Shown piece by piece: positions 36,367 through 46,159 of a stretch of 64,000 nucleotides of DNA. The position numbers and the translations under genes were made by a program. This stretch comes from Polyangiaceae bacterium (GTDB lineage Bacteria > Myxococcota_A > Polyangia > Polyangiales > Polyangiaceae). Location: contig CBDCTZ010000016.1 in NCBI GenBank assembly GCA_965222375.1, positions 2,112,001 through 2,176,000 on the forward strand, read 5' to 3'. Under the pieces are notes generated by a model. It had not been told where the DNA came from, searched no databases, and was given only the letters and a program-made list of their open reading frames with translations. The first letter of the stretch is position 1, and every line of letters starts with the position of its first letter.

Positions 36367-38211
36367 TCACACCTTGTGGGAGAGCTTCTTGTTCTGGCGA
36401 TAGCGCCAACGTCCAAACCCGAACAGGCCGAAGAGCAGAGGCATGCCCAGGGTCAATGACCACTGAACTTGCTTCTGCAAGCCCTTGCGTTTTTCGCGGT
36501 ACTCCTCGTCCTTCTTGCGAATGGCCGCTTCGTCGTCTTCGGCAGCGATGCTGGGCTTGGAAATGCTGGAGTAGGTCAGGTTGGGATCACCCATGATCTT
36601 CGCGCTGGCAGCGAGCAGGTCCGCGTCGCCGCTGATCCAATCGAGGGTGTTCTTAACGCTCAAGATCGTGTTGGTCAGGTAGCGTTGCGCATAGGGTTGG
36701 GCGATCATCTGCAGTTGCGGGTCACCGCCGACGTTGCCCATCATTGCGAACTGGCCACCCAGCTCTGGGCCGTTGCCGGCGAACGCGAAGGGGTTCGTCA
36801 CGAACAGTCCGGAAGCCACGACCAGAACCCGGGACGGCTCTGGCGCTTGGGCTGGCACCGTGACGTCGTCACCGGTGCCCATGGAGGCTTTCAGTTTGCC
36901 TTCGGCAACGGCTGCGATGATGTGCTGGCCGTAGGGCGGAGACGGCTTCCACTCCGCCTGGAGCTTCATGTCGACGTTGTCACCCTCGATTACGCTCGCC
37001 GCCGGTGTGGTGCGAGCCACGGCGCTGATCTTGACGTCTTCGCCTTGCTTGTCCTTCAGCAACTCGATGCTGGAGGGGAAGGGGAATGCCACTTCGTCCA
37101 TTCGGAAGAAGCCAGCAAAGCTGTTGTCGAGCAGCTTCTCGTCGTCGTCATCAAAGCGTGGGTCATTGATCACATGGGCGATGCCCGGGTGGCGAATCGA
37201 AGAAACGCCGCCGGTTTGAGTCATGATCGGCAGCCGGAACTGCGCGCCGTGATCCATCACGGCGTTCTTTTTCACGCCGAAACCGTAGCCCTCGAGCAGC
37301 TTGTCCAAGCCGTGCCAGGAAAGCGTGGCGTTCATGCTCGGGTCTTGTGGTTTGAGGGTCACAGCCGAGGCCCAGACCACCAGCGCCTTGTTACCCCGCA
37401 TCAGGAACTCGTCGATGCGCCGCAGCTCCTTGTCGACGTAGTCCTTGCGCGGCTGGGTGATGATCACGCCGTCCAGGTCCTTGTCGATGGCGGTTGCGCC
37501 GTCCTTTAGATCCACTTCTTCGAGGGAGTAGAAGGGGAACGCCTGCTCCAGGATGCTCTTGATACTCGGAGCGCCACCACGCCCCTGCTTCGGGATCAGG
37601 TTTCCATCTGAGAGCTTGAGTTCATCCTTGCCGGTGATGACGCCGACCCGGTGCTTGATGTTTTCGCTCTTGTCACGGACTTCTCGGATCTTGTTCGTGA
37701 CCCAGAACTCGAGGCCTTCGGCCCGGTTTGGCGCCAACTGCGGGATCACGCCCTTTTCGCTGCCGTACTTGAGCACGAGGCCCATGTAGCCTTGGGCGAT
37801 GGAGGCCTGATCGTTACCCGTTTGGCTGGTTTCGCCGAAGGCCATCTCCTGCAATCCAGCTTCCTTGGCCGCCGCACGCTCCTCGTCACTCTTGGCTTCG
37901 ATCAGAGTGAACTTGAACTTACCTTCGCCGGCGCGCTCGTACTCCTTCAGCAGGTCCGTCAAGTCCTGCACGAAGGTATCCAGCTGTGCAAGGCCGCGTG
38001 TCACGTACACGTCGACTTCGATGGGTGAATTGAGGTTCTTCACCAAGCGGGCGCTGCCCTGCGAAAGGGTGAAGCGCTCGGACTTGGTGACGTCTATGCG
38101 CCCGTACCAGCCGAACGCGATCACGTTGGCCATGACGGCGATGCCGGCCAGGATCAGCAGGTAGAACCCGGTTTGGGTAGCGGCTTTGCGTTTTTGATCT
38201 TGGGTTGCCAT
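36367..38211 (-). CDS. GldG-like ABC transporter auxiliary component
   Basis: RIDVT...RFTLSQGS, DLLKEY and NTLDW motifs; N- and C-terminal TM helices. Confidence 0.88.
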   Translation of the reverse strand: MATQDQKRKAATQTGFYLLILAGIAVMANVIAFGWYGRIDVTKSERFTLSQGSARLVKNLNSPIEVDVYVTRGLAQLDTFVQDLTDLLKEYERAGEGKFKFTLIEAKSDEERAAAKEAGLQEMAFGETSQTGNDQASIAQGYMGLVLKYGSEKGVIPQLAPNRAEGLEFWVTNKIREVRDKSENIKHRVGVITGKDELKLSDGNLIPKQGRGGAPSIKSILEQAFPFYSLEEVDLKDGATAIDKDLDGVIITQPRKDYVDKELRRIDEFLMRGNKALVVWASAVTLKPQDPSMNATLSWHGLDKLLEGYGFGVKKNAVMDHGAQFRLPIMTQTGGVSSIRHPGIAHVINDPRFDDDDEKLLDNSFAGFFRMDEVAFPFPSSIELLKDKQGEDVKISAVARTTPAASVIEGDNVDMKLQAEWKPSPPYGQHIIAAVAEGKLKASMGTGDDVTVPAQAPEPSRVLVVASGLFVTNPFAFAGNGPELGGQFAMMGNVGGDPQLQMIAQPYAQRYLTNTILSVKNTLDWISGDADLLAASAKIMGDPNLTYSSISKPSIAAEDDEAAIRKKDEEYREKRKGLQKQVQWSLTLGMPLLFGLFGFGRWRYRQNKKLSHKV

Positions 38212-38214
38212 GTC

Positions 38215-38949
38215 TCAAGCCCACTTGCGCCGTTCAAGCGCCCGGAAAGCGATTGCTAAAGCGACGACGGTCACGCTCAAGAAGAACACGACGTCGCGGG
38301 TGTCGATCAGGCCCCGCGCGAAGCCTGCGAAGTGTTTTTGGAAGCTGACGTAGGTCAGCACCGTTCCGAGCAGCCCCTTCACGCCGTCTGCCGCGTAGCC
38401 CATGAGCCACAGGGCAACGAGAACGAAGAAGGTCACGAAGAACGCAATTGACTGGCTCTCAGTCATCGAACTCACCAAGAGTCCGATGGCGGTGGCGCAT
38501 GCCGCAAAAAGCACCAAGCCCAAGTAGCCGGACATAATCGGACCCATGTCCAAGGGGCCGAGATGCCAGGGAAATCGGAACATTGCGAGGGGGTAGGCTG
38601 CCGTGGAAATGACGAGCACCAGGACCAGCCCCAAGGCGCCCAGGTACTTGCCTAGAATCACATCGCTGTCCCTAACGGGCAGAGTGATCAGCATTTCCAA
38701 GGTGCCGCTGCGACGCTCTTCGGCCAAGAGCCGCATGGTCACGACGGGTACGACCAAAGCCGAGAGCCCCAAGGGGGCGTACTCGAACATGGATTGCAGG
38801 CTGGCCTTGTCCGCCTGCCAGAAGCCGCCTCGGTACATGAAGAACATCAAGCCGAGCGCCAAGAAGCTCAGGCAGATGACCACATAGGCCAGGGGTGAAT
38901 CGAAGTAGGAGCGAAACTCCCGACGCGCAATTGTCAACATAGGTGACAT
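38215..38949 (-). CDS. GldF-like ABC permease
   Basis: RREFRSYFDSPLAY, TMRLLAEERRSGTLEML and GLIDTRDV motifs. Confidence 0.9.
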   Translation of the reverse strand: MSPMLTIARREFRSYFDSPLAYVVICLSFLALGLMFFMYRGGFWQADKASLQSMFEYAPLGLSALVVPVVTMRLLAEERRSGTLEMLITLPVRDSDVILGKYLGALGLVLVLVISTAAYPLAMFRFPWHLGPLDMGPIMSGYLGLVLFAACATAIGLLVSSMTESQSIAFFVTFFVLVALWLMGYAADGVKGLLGTVLTYVSFQKHFAGFARGLIDTRDVVFFLSVTVVALAIAFRALERRKWA

Positions 38950-38952
38950 GGC

Positions 38953-40107
38953 TCAGTCCTCATCCTCGTCGTCATCGTTGTCATCGTCGTCATCGTCATC
39001 GTCACTCGAGTCGCTCGAGTCGCCGGGATCTGATTCCCGCTCCTCGTCGTCGTCGTCATCACTGTCGTCGTCGTAGGGCTCGTCGTCGTCAAAATCCTCG
39101 TCCTCGTCCCACTCCTCTCCGCGGTCGAGGCGCTCGTCCCCGCGAGTCAGATCCCGGAACACCGCATCCAGGCTCTGCGCCTCGCGGCGTAGCTCGAGCA
39201 GGATCCAGCCCTTGTTGACCATCAGCCCATAGAGTTCTCGCCGCAGATCCGAGTCCTTGTCGCCCGAAACCTCGAATTTGTGAGCCGTCTCGTCCGTGGG
39301 CAATTCGCGAATGCCCCGCCCGCCTTCGATGGCACGAAGCGCTTCTTCGGCTTCCGACACGGACGGTGCGCCACCGTTTTGCAGCGTGTTTTTCTCGTCA
39401 ATGGTGACGATGTAGCGAACCGCGCCCGTCTTGGCGCGGATGTCGTCGAGCTGGCCGTCCGCAACGATTCGCCCCTTGCTCACGATGATGGCGCGAGCAC
39501 AGGCTTCTTCCACCTCGGCCAGGTTGTGGGTCGACAGCAGGATGGTGCGGTCCTTGCCGATTTCCTTGATGTAGCGAATGACCTCAGCCTTCTCGTTCGG
39601 ATCGAGATCACTCGTCGGCTCGTCCAAGATGAGGATCGGCGGGTCGTGCATCAGCGCCTGCCCCAAGCCAACGCGCTGGCGGAAGCCGTGGGACAGGGTG
39701 CCAATGTCCTTGCCCAGGGATTGAGCCAGACCGCAGACCTCCACCACCTTCTTCAGTCGCTTCTTGAAGTCACTCTCATCCAGGCCGCGCACTGTCGCCG
39801 TGAACTTCAGGTACTCGAACACGTTCATGTCCGTGTACAGCGGCGCTCGCTGCGGCAGGTAGCCGATGGACTGACGCACCGCGAGCGGCTCGTCGAATAC
39901 GTCGAAGCCCTTGACGTTCGCCGACCCCGCAGTGGGCGAGATGAAGCAGGTCAAGATCCGCATCGTGGTGGACTTGCCGGCGCCATTGGGCCCGAGAAAG
40001 CCAACCACTTCCCCCTTCTTCACCTCGAAGCTGACCTTATCTAGCGCCCTCACGGTCCCGAAGCGTTTGCTCAGGCCGCTGGCGGCAATCATCACATCCG
40101 TTCCCAT
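38953..40107 (-). CDS. GldA-like ABC ATP-binding protein with acidic tail
   Basis: GPNGAGKST, LSHGFRQR, ILDEPT and STH motifs; GGAG RBS. Confidence 0.93.
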   Translation of the reverse strand: MGTDVMIAASGLSKRFGTVRALDKVSFEVKKGEVVGFLGPNGAGKSTTMRILTCFISPTAGSANVKGFDVFDEPLAVRQSIGYLPQRAPLYTDMNVFEYLKFTATVRGLDESDFKKRLKKVVEVCGLAQSLGKDIGTLSHGFRQRVGLGQALMHDPPILILDEPTSDLDPNEKAEVIRYIKEIGKDRTILLSTHNLAEVEEACARAIIVSKGRIVADGQLDDIRAKTGAVRYIVTIDEKNTLQNGGAPSVSEAEEALRAIEGGRGIRELPTDETAHKFEVSGDKDSDLRRELYGLMVNKGWILLELRREAQSLDAVFRDLTRGDERLDRGEEWDEDEDFDDDEPYDDDSDDDDDEERESDPGDSSDSSDDDDDDDDNDDDEDED

Positions 40108-40506
40108 CGAAACTCCTCGAACCGAAGACCCGGCCTCCGGTGTGCATCCTCACAAGCAGTCAAAAAAAAGCGCGGTCTGACCACGCCGTGGTGCTCGGGC
40201 GCGGCATCCTATCGGCGCCGCATCTCAAGTCAACACAACGTCGCACCCGAGTCTGACGCCTCAAAAACAGCTGGTTTGCAAAGTTATTCCCGTGCTCGAA
40301 GCGCTTTGATTCAACTCCATGCCAGGTCCGGCCAGTTGGGCGATCCTGCTGCATAAGCATTGGATTTTATTGTGTTTTGGATGGGGTCGCGTCCCTGGTC
40401 CGCCAGGATGCCCTACTCTCGACTTGGTTCAACAAGTGCGCGGAGCGCCCGGGCCCACGCCTTCGGCTCTCGGGGTGGGCTCGAGCCGAACCCCAGTGCG
40501 CTGGGT

Positions 40507-43314
40507 TCACTCTCCCCTTTCATCACCAGGCCCGAATGCCCAGGGGGCGCCGTCGCCGCAACCATGAATGCGCGGTCTCGCGAACACACCCCAAGTGTCG
40601 TCATCTTGCACCCCTCGAGCGAGAAAGCGCAGTTCGACATCCTTGTCCCACCATTCCTCCAGTGACACGTCCGAGAAGCGTCGCTCTTTGCCGTCTGCAC
40701 TCACACGGTCTTTCACTAGGACCACGTACTCTCCACCCCTCACCACACCGAGCTCGAGGTCTTGCGGCGCACCGGCTTGCGTCGGTTCTAGAGCAAGGTC
40801 GACCGCCAAACAGCTGTCCCGAGGCAAGCGCAGAGGCACGCGGACCTCCGTGGGCGGCTTTCTTTGCGGCTGGGGCTGCAGCTGCAGCGTATCCCCCGAA
40901 ACCCGCGCCTTGCCACGGAGCGTTTCCATTCGACCGTCCTGCAGGCGGTGCACGACACTCACCAAGGATTTGCATCTGGCCATGCGCGGACGCAGGAACC
41001 CCGCGCGTGGTTGGCGCAGGCCGTTGACGGGCGCACTGCCGAACCGGATCAAGATCGGAAGTCCGGCGTATTGGCCGAGGGGGGCCTCGAAGGGGCGCGG
41101 TGCGTGTCCCGGGCGGACCCGCCAGCGCAATAGTCGTGGTCGCTCGAAGCCATCCACAGCGTGCACCTCCAGGTCCGCGTCCCCGCCAGCATCTTGATCG
41201 ATCCCAACCTGACCGTAGAGGCAACTGTCCTTGCAGGGGCGCACCGGAATGAATACCTCGGCGAGGGCGGCCCGCTCCGGGTTTGGCGGCAAGAGCATAT
41301 GGCCCCCGTCGACCCGCGGTGATAGTGCGCGACTCATGGCGGCGCCGCTCTCGATGGCCTTGCGCAGATCTTGATTCGGGAAGCAGCTACCGGCCACTGG
41401 CGGTGAGGCCGGCGCGAGCCACTCGCGCAAGCCATGGACCCGCACCCGCATGTGGCGCGGCGACAGGTGGCGCGCGTGCAGGGACAGCACGACCCGGTCG
41501 GCCGAGGCGCGCAGCTCCGGCGCCGTGGGCGCCCGCCCAAAGCCGAACTTCCACTCCGCTGCTTCCGGGTGCACGGGAATCCACGTGCGCGCCGGTCCGT
41601 TGAAGAATAGCAGTGCTACTTCGGTGGCAGGTGCAATCGGCCGATCTCCGGTGAAGAACTGCGCTTTCAGCCACGGCGCTCCGCCCAGGGCCAAGCGCCA
41701 GTTTGGAAGGTCGAGCTCGTAGTGAAGCGATAGCGCGCTAGTCGACGCGATGGGCGTTCGCAGTGAGATGCTCAAGGTACCTGGGACGTCGACCCTCTCG
41801 TCAACGGGGTTCATGGGCACATCTCGAGTAGTGATGGCGGGCTCCGGCCGCGCCGTGGCTACGACCAGGTTGGGGCCGATCAAGTGTTCGGGTCGTGCGA
41901 TCGCGAGGCGCGCCGGAGCGAATGCTGCACCGTGATGTCGCGGCGGCAAGTCGAAGGAGCGGATCGACGAAATGACGAGGGGGCAACGCTGGTGCGAGCT
42001 GCCGATCCGGTCGATCAGGGAGCTAGCGTGTCCCGGCGACCAGCGATGCGCGCTCAGGCTGGGGCCAGGCTTGCCGCTGATGGCGTGAAGGGCAATGAGT
42101 CTCTCGGGCAGGGTGACGCAGTCGTGCTCCGGATGCGTCTCCAGGTAGCGCAACACTCGGGAGAAGTCGCTTTGGTAGTGTGGAGAGACGGGGTGGTCGG
42201 AGAGCCCCAAGCCCCGCGCCCACTGGGAAGAACTCCATGCGTTCATGCGCCCTGAGTCCAGAGTCAGCCACGTCATGACCACGCCGAGCGAAGCAGCTGC
42301 CGTCGTCCAGCGAACCGTTCGCTGCAGCTCAGTCATGGTGCTCGCGAGCACGAGCGCACCTAGCCCCGGCAGGAGCCCGGCCCAAAGATGCTCCGGATCG
42401 CTTCTGAGCACACCCCGCGCTTGGGGCACCAGGGCGACGCATAGCAGCACGGCCGCGACGGATGCAGCGGTATTTCGACCTCGACGCGCGAGCCAAAGGG
42501 CTATAGCGCACTGCGCGCCGGCAATGCCGAGAGCCAGGTAGGCCCACCCGCCCTCAGGGTCCCGCACCATGGTCGTGCCGTAGGCCCGCAAGCTGGACCA
42601 AGAGCCAGTCCACAGCTTCTGCGCAGAGAAACCCAGTGCCCACAACACTAGCGTGGCGCCCGCGCCCGCGACTGCGAGGGTCAAGGCTGTCCGCCGAACG
42701 TGCTGGCCCCATGACGCGCGTCTTGGGGTCAACGCCAAGAGCCCTTGGGTCAAGACCACCGAGGCAAGGGCGATCACCGATGCATCGATCCCCATCAGGC
42801 ACGACCAGATCACGGCAGCCGCGGCGATGAGCGGCCGCCGCTTCCCGCCCAGGTTTCCCGGAAGCAGAAACACGATCACCGCCAAAGACAGCACCGCACG
42901 AAAAGACCGGACGTCGTCATGGATCGCAGCGATGCCCAACGAAAGGCATACGAAGGCCCGTGCAAGCGGATCTCGGGTCACGTCCCAGGCCATGAGGGCA
43001 ACCAGGGACAGCGACAGCAGTGGAAACGCAACGTGCATCCAGGCAACGAAGCGCGCCGGATCCACACTACCGGAAGCGGAACCAACGCTCGCTATCAGCT
43101 GCCATCCGGGGCCGATGGGAAAGAAAAAATCCCGCCCTACCCAGTCTCCATGCACAGCGCGCCAGGGCAGCACGAACTCCCAGCCATAGTCGAAGGCTCG
43201 CTCGTCCAGGGCTTTCAGATCGAAGAACAGCAGATAGCCGCGGGCATTCAGCAGCACCATGAGCGCCAGAAGCGCGATCGCGGCCAGCGGTAGCCAGCGG
43301 GCGCGCGCATTCAT
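40507..43314 (-). CDS. Large polytopic membrane protein (GT-C-like N-terminus, periplasmic beta domains), paralog 2
   Basis: ATGA overlap with the upstream paralog; DYGW..VLPWRA..G.WVGRDFFFPIGPGWQL loop followed by ~10 TM helices. Confidence 0.7.
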   Translation of the reverse strand: MNARARWLPLAAIALLALMVLLNARGYLLFFDLKALDERAFDYGWEFVLPWRAVHGDWVGRDFFFPIGPGWQLIASVGSASGSVDPARFVAWMHVAFPLLSLSLVALMAWDVTRDPLARAFVCLSLGIAAIHDDVRSFRAVLSLAVIVFLLPGNLGGKRRPLIAAAAVIWSCLMGIDASVIALASVVLTQGLLALTPRRASWGQHVRRTALTLAVAGAGATLVLWALGFSAQKLWTGSWSSLRAYGTTMVRDPEGGWAYLALGIAGAQCAIALWLARRGRNTAASVAAVLLCVALVPQARGVLRSDPEHLWAGLLPGLGALVLASTMTELQRTVRWTTAAASLGVVMTWLTLDSGRMNAWSSSQWARGLGLSDHPVSPHYQSDFSRVLRYLETHPEHDCVTLPERLIALHAISGKPGPSLSAHRWSPGHASSLIDRIGSSHQRCPLVISSIRSFDLPPRHHGAAFAPARLAIARPEHLIGPNLVVATARPEPAITTRDVPMNPVDERVDVPGTLSISLRTPIASTSALSLHYELDLPNWRLALGGAPWLKAQFFTGDRPIAPATEVALLFFNGPARTWIPVHPEAAEWKFGFGRAPTAPELRASADRVVLSLHARHLSPRHMRVRVHGLREWLAPASPPVAGSCFPNQDLRKAIESGAAMSRALSPRVDGGHMLLPPNPERAALAEVFIPVRPCKDSCLYGQVGIDQDAGGDADLEVHAVDGFERPRLLRWRVRPGHAPRPFEAPLGQYAGLPILIRFGSAPVNGLRQPRAGFLRPRMARCKSLVSVVHRLQDGRMETLRGKARVSGDTLQLQPQPQRKPPTEVRVPLRLPRDSCLAVDLALEPTQAGAPQDLELGVVRGGEYVVLVKDRVSADGKERRFSDVSLEEWWDKDVELRFLARGVQDDDTWGVFARPRIHGCGDGAPWAFGPGDERGE

Positions 43315-46109
43315 CGTCCGCACCTCACGAGAGCTGGGTCCACGATCACGAGCCTGCCTTTGCCAGCTCGTCGTTCGAGTTGGAATACCAGGTTGACAAT
43401 GCGCTCTTGGAAGTCCTGCAGCGCAAAGGGCCCCAAGGCTCGAAGTGGCGCGGCCTCGTTGATGGTGCTGCGCAGCAGTCGCTGCCGAAGGCCTAGTTCC
43501 TCGATCCACACTCCGACATCGAAGCGGGTTGGCCCGCTGTCTTCCGACTCCAGGAGAAAGGTTGCTTGCAGGCACGAGTCCGCTCGCGGAGTGAGGCGCA
43601 CGCGTAACTTCGCACTCTCCTCGACGAGCCAGTGCGCGCCCTGGGGGACTATCGCGCCATCGACTACCTGGGCCGTGGTGCCCAGAACAACTGGGCCGTG
43701 CTGCATGCAGGGTGCGAAGCGCGGGCGGAGGATTTCGAGATCCGTATGGCGGGTTTCGAGGGGCGCGGGACCTATCCGTACCCATTGGTGCTTTCCAGTC
43801 AGAGGAACGCGTACTCGTTCGCCTGGTCCCCCCGGAGTTAGGGTCGCGTCCAGCAGCTGCCACCGGTCGGAACCTGTGACGCGGTGTGCTTGCACCCGAA
43901 GGGGCCCCGAACCCGGTTTACGTGAACGCGCTGCCAGCTCTGCAAAGAAGCAGCGGTTGTCGCAGGGGGGGATCTCGAAGAAGACTGCGGCAAGCGCTTC
44001 TCGCGGCTTGCCCGGTCGAAAGCGCAGACTGGAATCCCTGGTCCGCACCGCCGCTCCTCGCGTCACGAAAGACGGTGTGGTCACGCTGCAGTCAACGGCT
44101 TGCCCCTTGCCATCAGCTTCGCTCGGAGCTGGGCGTAGCCGCGTCACCCCGTGCACCACCAAGCGGGCGGTAGCCTCGGTCAGCAACCCCCGAGGGCTGA
44201 CGTCGAGACTCAGACTGGTTGCACGCCGCCTCATGGGCGGTGGCTGACGGAGGATCCAAGAACGCTCTGTGTTTTCGGGATCCAAGGCAAGATAGGTGAC
44301 CGCCCTCCGGTTCACGGACATGTCGTAGACGTAGGTGGCGTCGTGCAGCGGTCCGTCGGGGCCTTGGAAGCGGAACATCAGTCCCGGTGCATAGCCAAGC
44401 TTCGCGCGCAACGCACTGCTGCGCAGGGTGTACTCCACGCGCAGGATGTCCCCAGTCTCGACAGGCACGTCGAGGGGCAGACGAAGCGGAGTGCCCGGAG
44501 AAACAACTTGCTCTCGCGTCGCTTGCGGGATCGGTACCAGCGTTTTGGCTGGCGGTCGCGGTGACTTCCGCAGCTTCATCGCTACGGTTGCAGGACCGAG
44601 ATGCTTCTCGAAGGCGTACAGCTCCGCGATGGCAAGAAAGTCGGCACCGAGATGCCAGTTGATGTTGTTGTGGTCGAAGCCCGCCAGCTGACGAACAAAG
44701 CGTCTGCAGCGCGCGGTGCGGATGTCCCGCGCCAAGCCTTGCTGTAGTGACGAGTTCCACCGCAGCGCCAAGGACGTGGGGCCGGGGACATCGGTGAGGG
44801 CATGGGCGGCGGTCAGCATGGGCGGAAAGCCCATGCACTCTTCCTGGGAACCGGCTTCCTTGGCGAAGGCGACGATTCTCGCGAGATCCGTCTCGAACGC
44901 CGGGTCCGCACCGTTTCCGGCGCGAGCCCAGGCGTAGTCGGAGAAGATGCGAGGCGAAAACCAGGTACTCGGACGAGCAACGAACCAACCGCTGACCAGC
45001 AGCAGCGCCGTGAAGCCCGCGTAGGCGCGGTGAAAACCCTGGGCGCGTTGCCGCGCGGCGAGACGAAGCATCAGAACGACCAGGGGCAGGAAGGCAAGTG
45101 CTAGATGTCCCGGGTCCGGTTGGACCAACGCAAAGCCAGCCAGCACGAGCGCGCCCGTCAGGCCCATTCCCGAGTTGGAGCGTGGCCGTGAGCGCCCCCT
45201 CCAGGCTTCGTGAACCACAACGAAGCAGCCAACCCACCAGGTCACCACACAGACCCCTGGCAGAGCCCCGTGAGCGCTGTAGGCAAGGTTGACGGTGTAG
45301 CTGCCGGAAAGCGCGATCTGGGTCCCTAGCCAAGTTAGGGGGCTAGCGCCGAGTATCATTGCCAACACGGAAGTGACCGCCGTCACGCCGAGCGCGGCCG
45401 CTCCGAATCCAGCCAAGCGCATCCACGCCGGTCGCCGGCTCATCCCGCGCAGACGCAACACGCCGAGTTCCCAGCCGGCCATGCCGACCACCGACGCGGC
45501 GCCGAGGACGACGCGATCAAAAGACATCAATCCGCCGAGGACCAAGAGCGTGGCGGCCAGCAGACCCCTTTTCGCCGTAGGCAGAAGGCGCGACTCCACG
45601 CGTAGCTGTGAATATGCGACCACCAACCCCAGGGAGAGGAGCGCTCGAATCGATGCCGAGCCGGCGGCGCTCGTCCAAACCAGCGCGGCGCTCGCAAGCG
45701 AGACTCTGAGCAACAGTGGGCTCGCTCCCCCGCGAAAGAGTGCGAGGACACTTGCTGCGGCCACGGTTGCCGCGATCAGCTCGAGCCCGGCGACCACTCC
45801 GGAAACGCCTCCGCCAGCGAGCCAGCTCAGGTAGCCTAGCAACTGCCAGGCCGGACCCATGGGAAACTGGAAATCCCGTCCGCTCCATTGGCCGAGGGAA
45901 GCCCGCCAGGGGAGCTCCAGTTGCCAGGAGAAATCCGTGAGGTTGGTTTCCAGAAGCCGGTAGCCGAAATACAGCCGGGATGTCTCGTAGCCGACCGCGA
46001 TGACCGTGACGAAGTAGCCGACTGCCAGCACGGCAATGGCGCGCTCGGCGGTGCGCCACCAGCGTGCGCGCCGGGAGCTCTGCGCCGGCGCTGAGTCCCT
46101 CGAGGTCAT
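43311..46109 (-). CDS. Large polytopic membrane protein (GT-C-like N-terminus, periplasmic beta domains), paralog 1
   Basis: DFSW..ELPWRA..G.WSGRDFQFPMGPAWQL loop followed by ~10 TM helices; collinear similarity to the neighbouring gene. Confidence 0.7.
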   Translation of the reverse strand: MTSRDSAPAQSSRRARWWRTAERAIAVLAVGYFVTVIAVGYETSRLYFGYRLLETNLTDFSWQLELPWRASLGQWSGRDFQFPMGPAWQLLGYLSWLAGGGVSGVVAGLELIAATVAAASVLALFRGGASPLLLRVSLASAALVWTSAAGSASIRALLSLGLVVAYSQLRVESRLLPTAKRGLLAATLLVLGGLMSFDRVVLGAASVVGMAGWELGVLRLRGMSRRPAWMRLAGFGAAALGVTAVTSVLAMILGASPLTWLGTQIALSGSYTVNLAYSAHGALPGVCVVTWWVGCFVVVHEAWRGRSRPRSNSGMGLTGALVLAGFALVQPDPGHLALAFLPLVVLMLRLAARQRAQGFHRAYAGFTALLLVSGWFVARPSTWFSPRIFSDYAWARAGNGADPAFETDLARIVAFAKEAGSQEECMGFPPMLTAAHALTDVPGPTSLALRWNSSLQQGLARDIRTARCRRFVRQLAGFDHNNINWHLGADFLAIAELYAFEKHLGPATVAMKLRKSPRPPAKTLVPIPQATREQVVSPGTPLRLPLDVPVETGDILRVEYTLRSSALRAKLGYAPGLMFRFQGPDGPLHDATYVYDMSVNRRAVTYLALDPENTERSWILRQPPPMRRRATSLSLDVSPRGLLTEATARLVVHGVTRLRPAPSEADGKGQAVDCSVTTPSFVTRGAAVRTRDSSLRFRPGKPREALAAVFFEIPPCDNRCFFAELAARSRKPGSGPLRVQAHRVTGSDRWQLLDATLTPGGPGERVRVPLTGKHQWVRIGPAPLETRHTDLEILRPRFAPCMQHGPVVLGTTAQVVDGAIVPQGAHWLVEESAKLRVRLTPRADSCLQATFLLESEDSGPTRFDVGVWIEELGLRQRLLRSTINEAAPLRALGPFALQDFQERIVNLVFQLERRAGKGRLVIVDPALVRCGR

Positions 46110-46159
46110 TTTGGCTGAATTGTATCCTGGGTGAGCGAAAGCTGTCGCAAGCTCCCGAC

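Noticed and set aside
35264..40107. Gld-like operon as evidence of Bacteroidetes-type gliding
   Set aside because: GldAFG-like ABC systems with DUF4340 are widespread, and no gliding motor or T9SS genes are present in the window.
43315..43863. Extra 183 N-terminal residues in the 1118-aa ORF
   Set aside because: They lie inside the upstream paralog; the ATGA-coupled start at 43314 matches the paralog's N-terminus.
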